DNA of 63,426 nt, counting the filler, from Octopus bimaculoides (Eukaryota), in NCBI RefSeq assembly GCF_001194135.2. It is 7 parts of 6 records of this genome, joined end to end, with 100 filler letters (N's around TTAATTAATTAA, not from the genome) between each part and the next. Parts side by side here need not be neighbours in the genome. Positions count along the whole stretch, not along the records: positions 62,102 to 63,426 come from NC_069005.1; 6 more parts are not named here. One strand, 5' to 3'. Each line of letters starts with the position of its first letter. The first letter of the stretch is position 1. The notes beneath the pieces are model-generated. The model searched no databases and was not told the origin of the DNA. It worked only from the letters and a program-made list of their open reading frames with translations. The translations under genes were made by a program, and so were the position numbers. Shown in pieces: positions 62,770 to 63,426 of the stretch.

Positions 62770-63080
62770 CAGGACTTATGTGAAAAAAACGAATGACAGA
62801 GAGAAAGAATAGAAAAAAAAAATGGAGAAAAAGAAAGAAAAGAGAAAAATAACCAAGAAAGGGAGAAGAATGGATAGAAAAGAAAAAAGTGAAAATGGAG
62901 AGAGAGAGAGGGAGGAAGAAAAGCGAGAGAGAGAAAGAAGAAAAGAGCGAGAATGAGAGGAAGAATTAAAGGTAAAAAATGGAGAAGAAAAAGAAGCAAA
63001 GAAAAAAAGGAAGGAAGGAAAAGAATGAAGAGTGAGAAAAAAAGAAAGAAAGAAAGAAAAATGAAAGAAGGAAGAAAACG
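62770..63080 (+). repeat. About 310-bp purine-rich (GA/GAA/GAAA) low-complexity tract
   Basis: Almost exclusively A and G on the plus strand. Confidence 0.9.
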
Positions 63081-63426
63081 ACAGACTGTTCCAATTTGAG
63101 GCCAGCTTTATCGGGAGAGAAACGAATGTTTTATTCACTAAAATATTTTGGTGCGGAGATATTGCATGACAGTCGCCAAAATATTCATAAGTTTTCTAAA
63201 CAAGTTTTTGATACGAGATTTTTTTTTCAGATGAAAAATGTAAAAGATAAATAAATAGAATAAATAGAATAAATTAAAAAAAAAACCCAACCAAAAACAA
63301 AACAAAACCCTGACATCATTTATGACTAACTGTTGTATTCTGAAAAAGTATGTTGAAGAAAGTCTCAGAAAATATGGCATTAGTTACGACTCGCTGCTGT
63401 ACTCTGGAAAGTATGTTAAGACATTA

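Overview
AT-rich, microsatellite- and TE-dense animal genomic DNA. The SINE/LINE families, IL-17-like gene and intron-rich genes suggest a coleoid cephalopod, probably Octopus (inferred). Six identical 100-bp synthetic spacers (44 N + TTAATTAATTAA + 44 N) cut the window into seven contigs whose adjacency is unproven. Supported genes: a complete two-exon IL-17-like cytokine on the minus strand (7463-7449 and 6076-5546); three internal exons of proteasome subunit beta type-2 on the plus strand (33795-40563); and one 43-nt kinesin motor exon, most like KIF6. Two or three orphan exons are only candidates. The rest is mariner/Tc1, L1/Tx1, RTE, R4/Dong and Penelope-like LINE remnants, several tRNA-derived SINE families, a Gypsy-type LTR, foldback elements and microsatellites. 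The most unusual signals are hammerhead-ribozyme-like cores in inverted (Penelope pLTR-like) repeats, one fused to a tRNA-derived head, a tRNA-sized cloverleaf enclosed by long inverted repeats, and a duplicated IL-17 3' flank that predicts a missing paralog. Most long ORFs in the supplied track are microsatellite or N-gap artefacts. No prokaryotic features or CRISPR arrays were seen.
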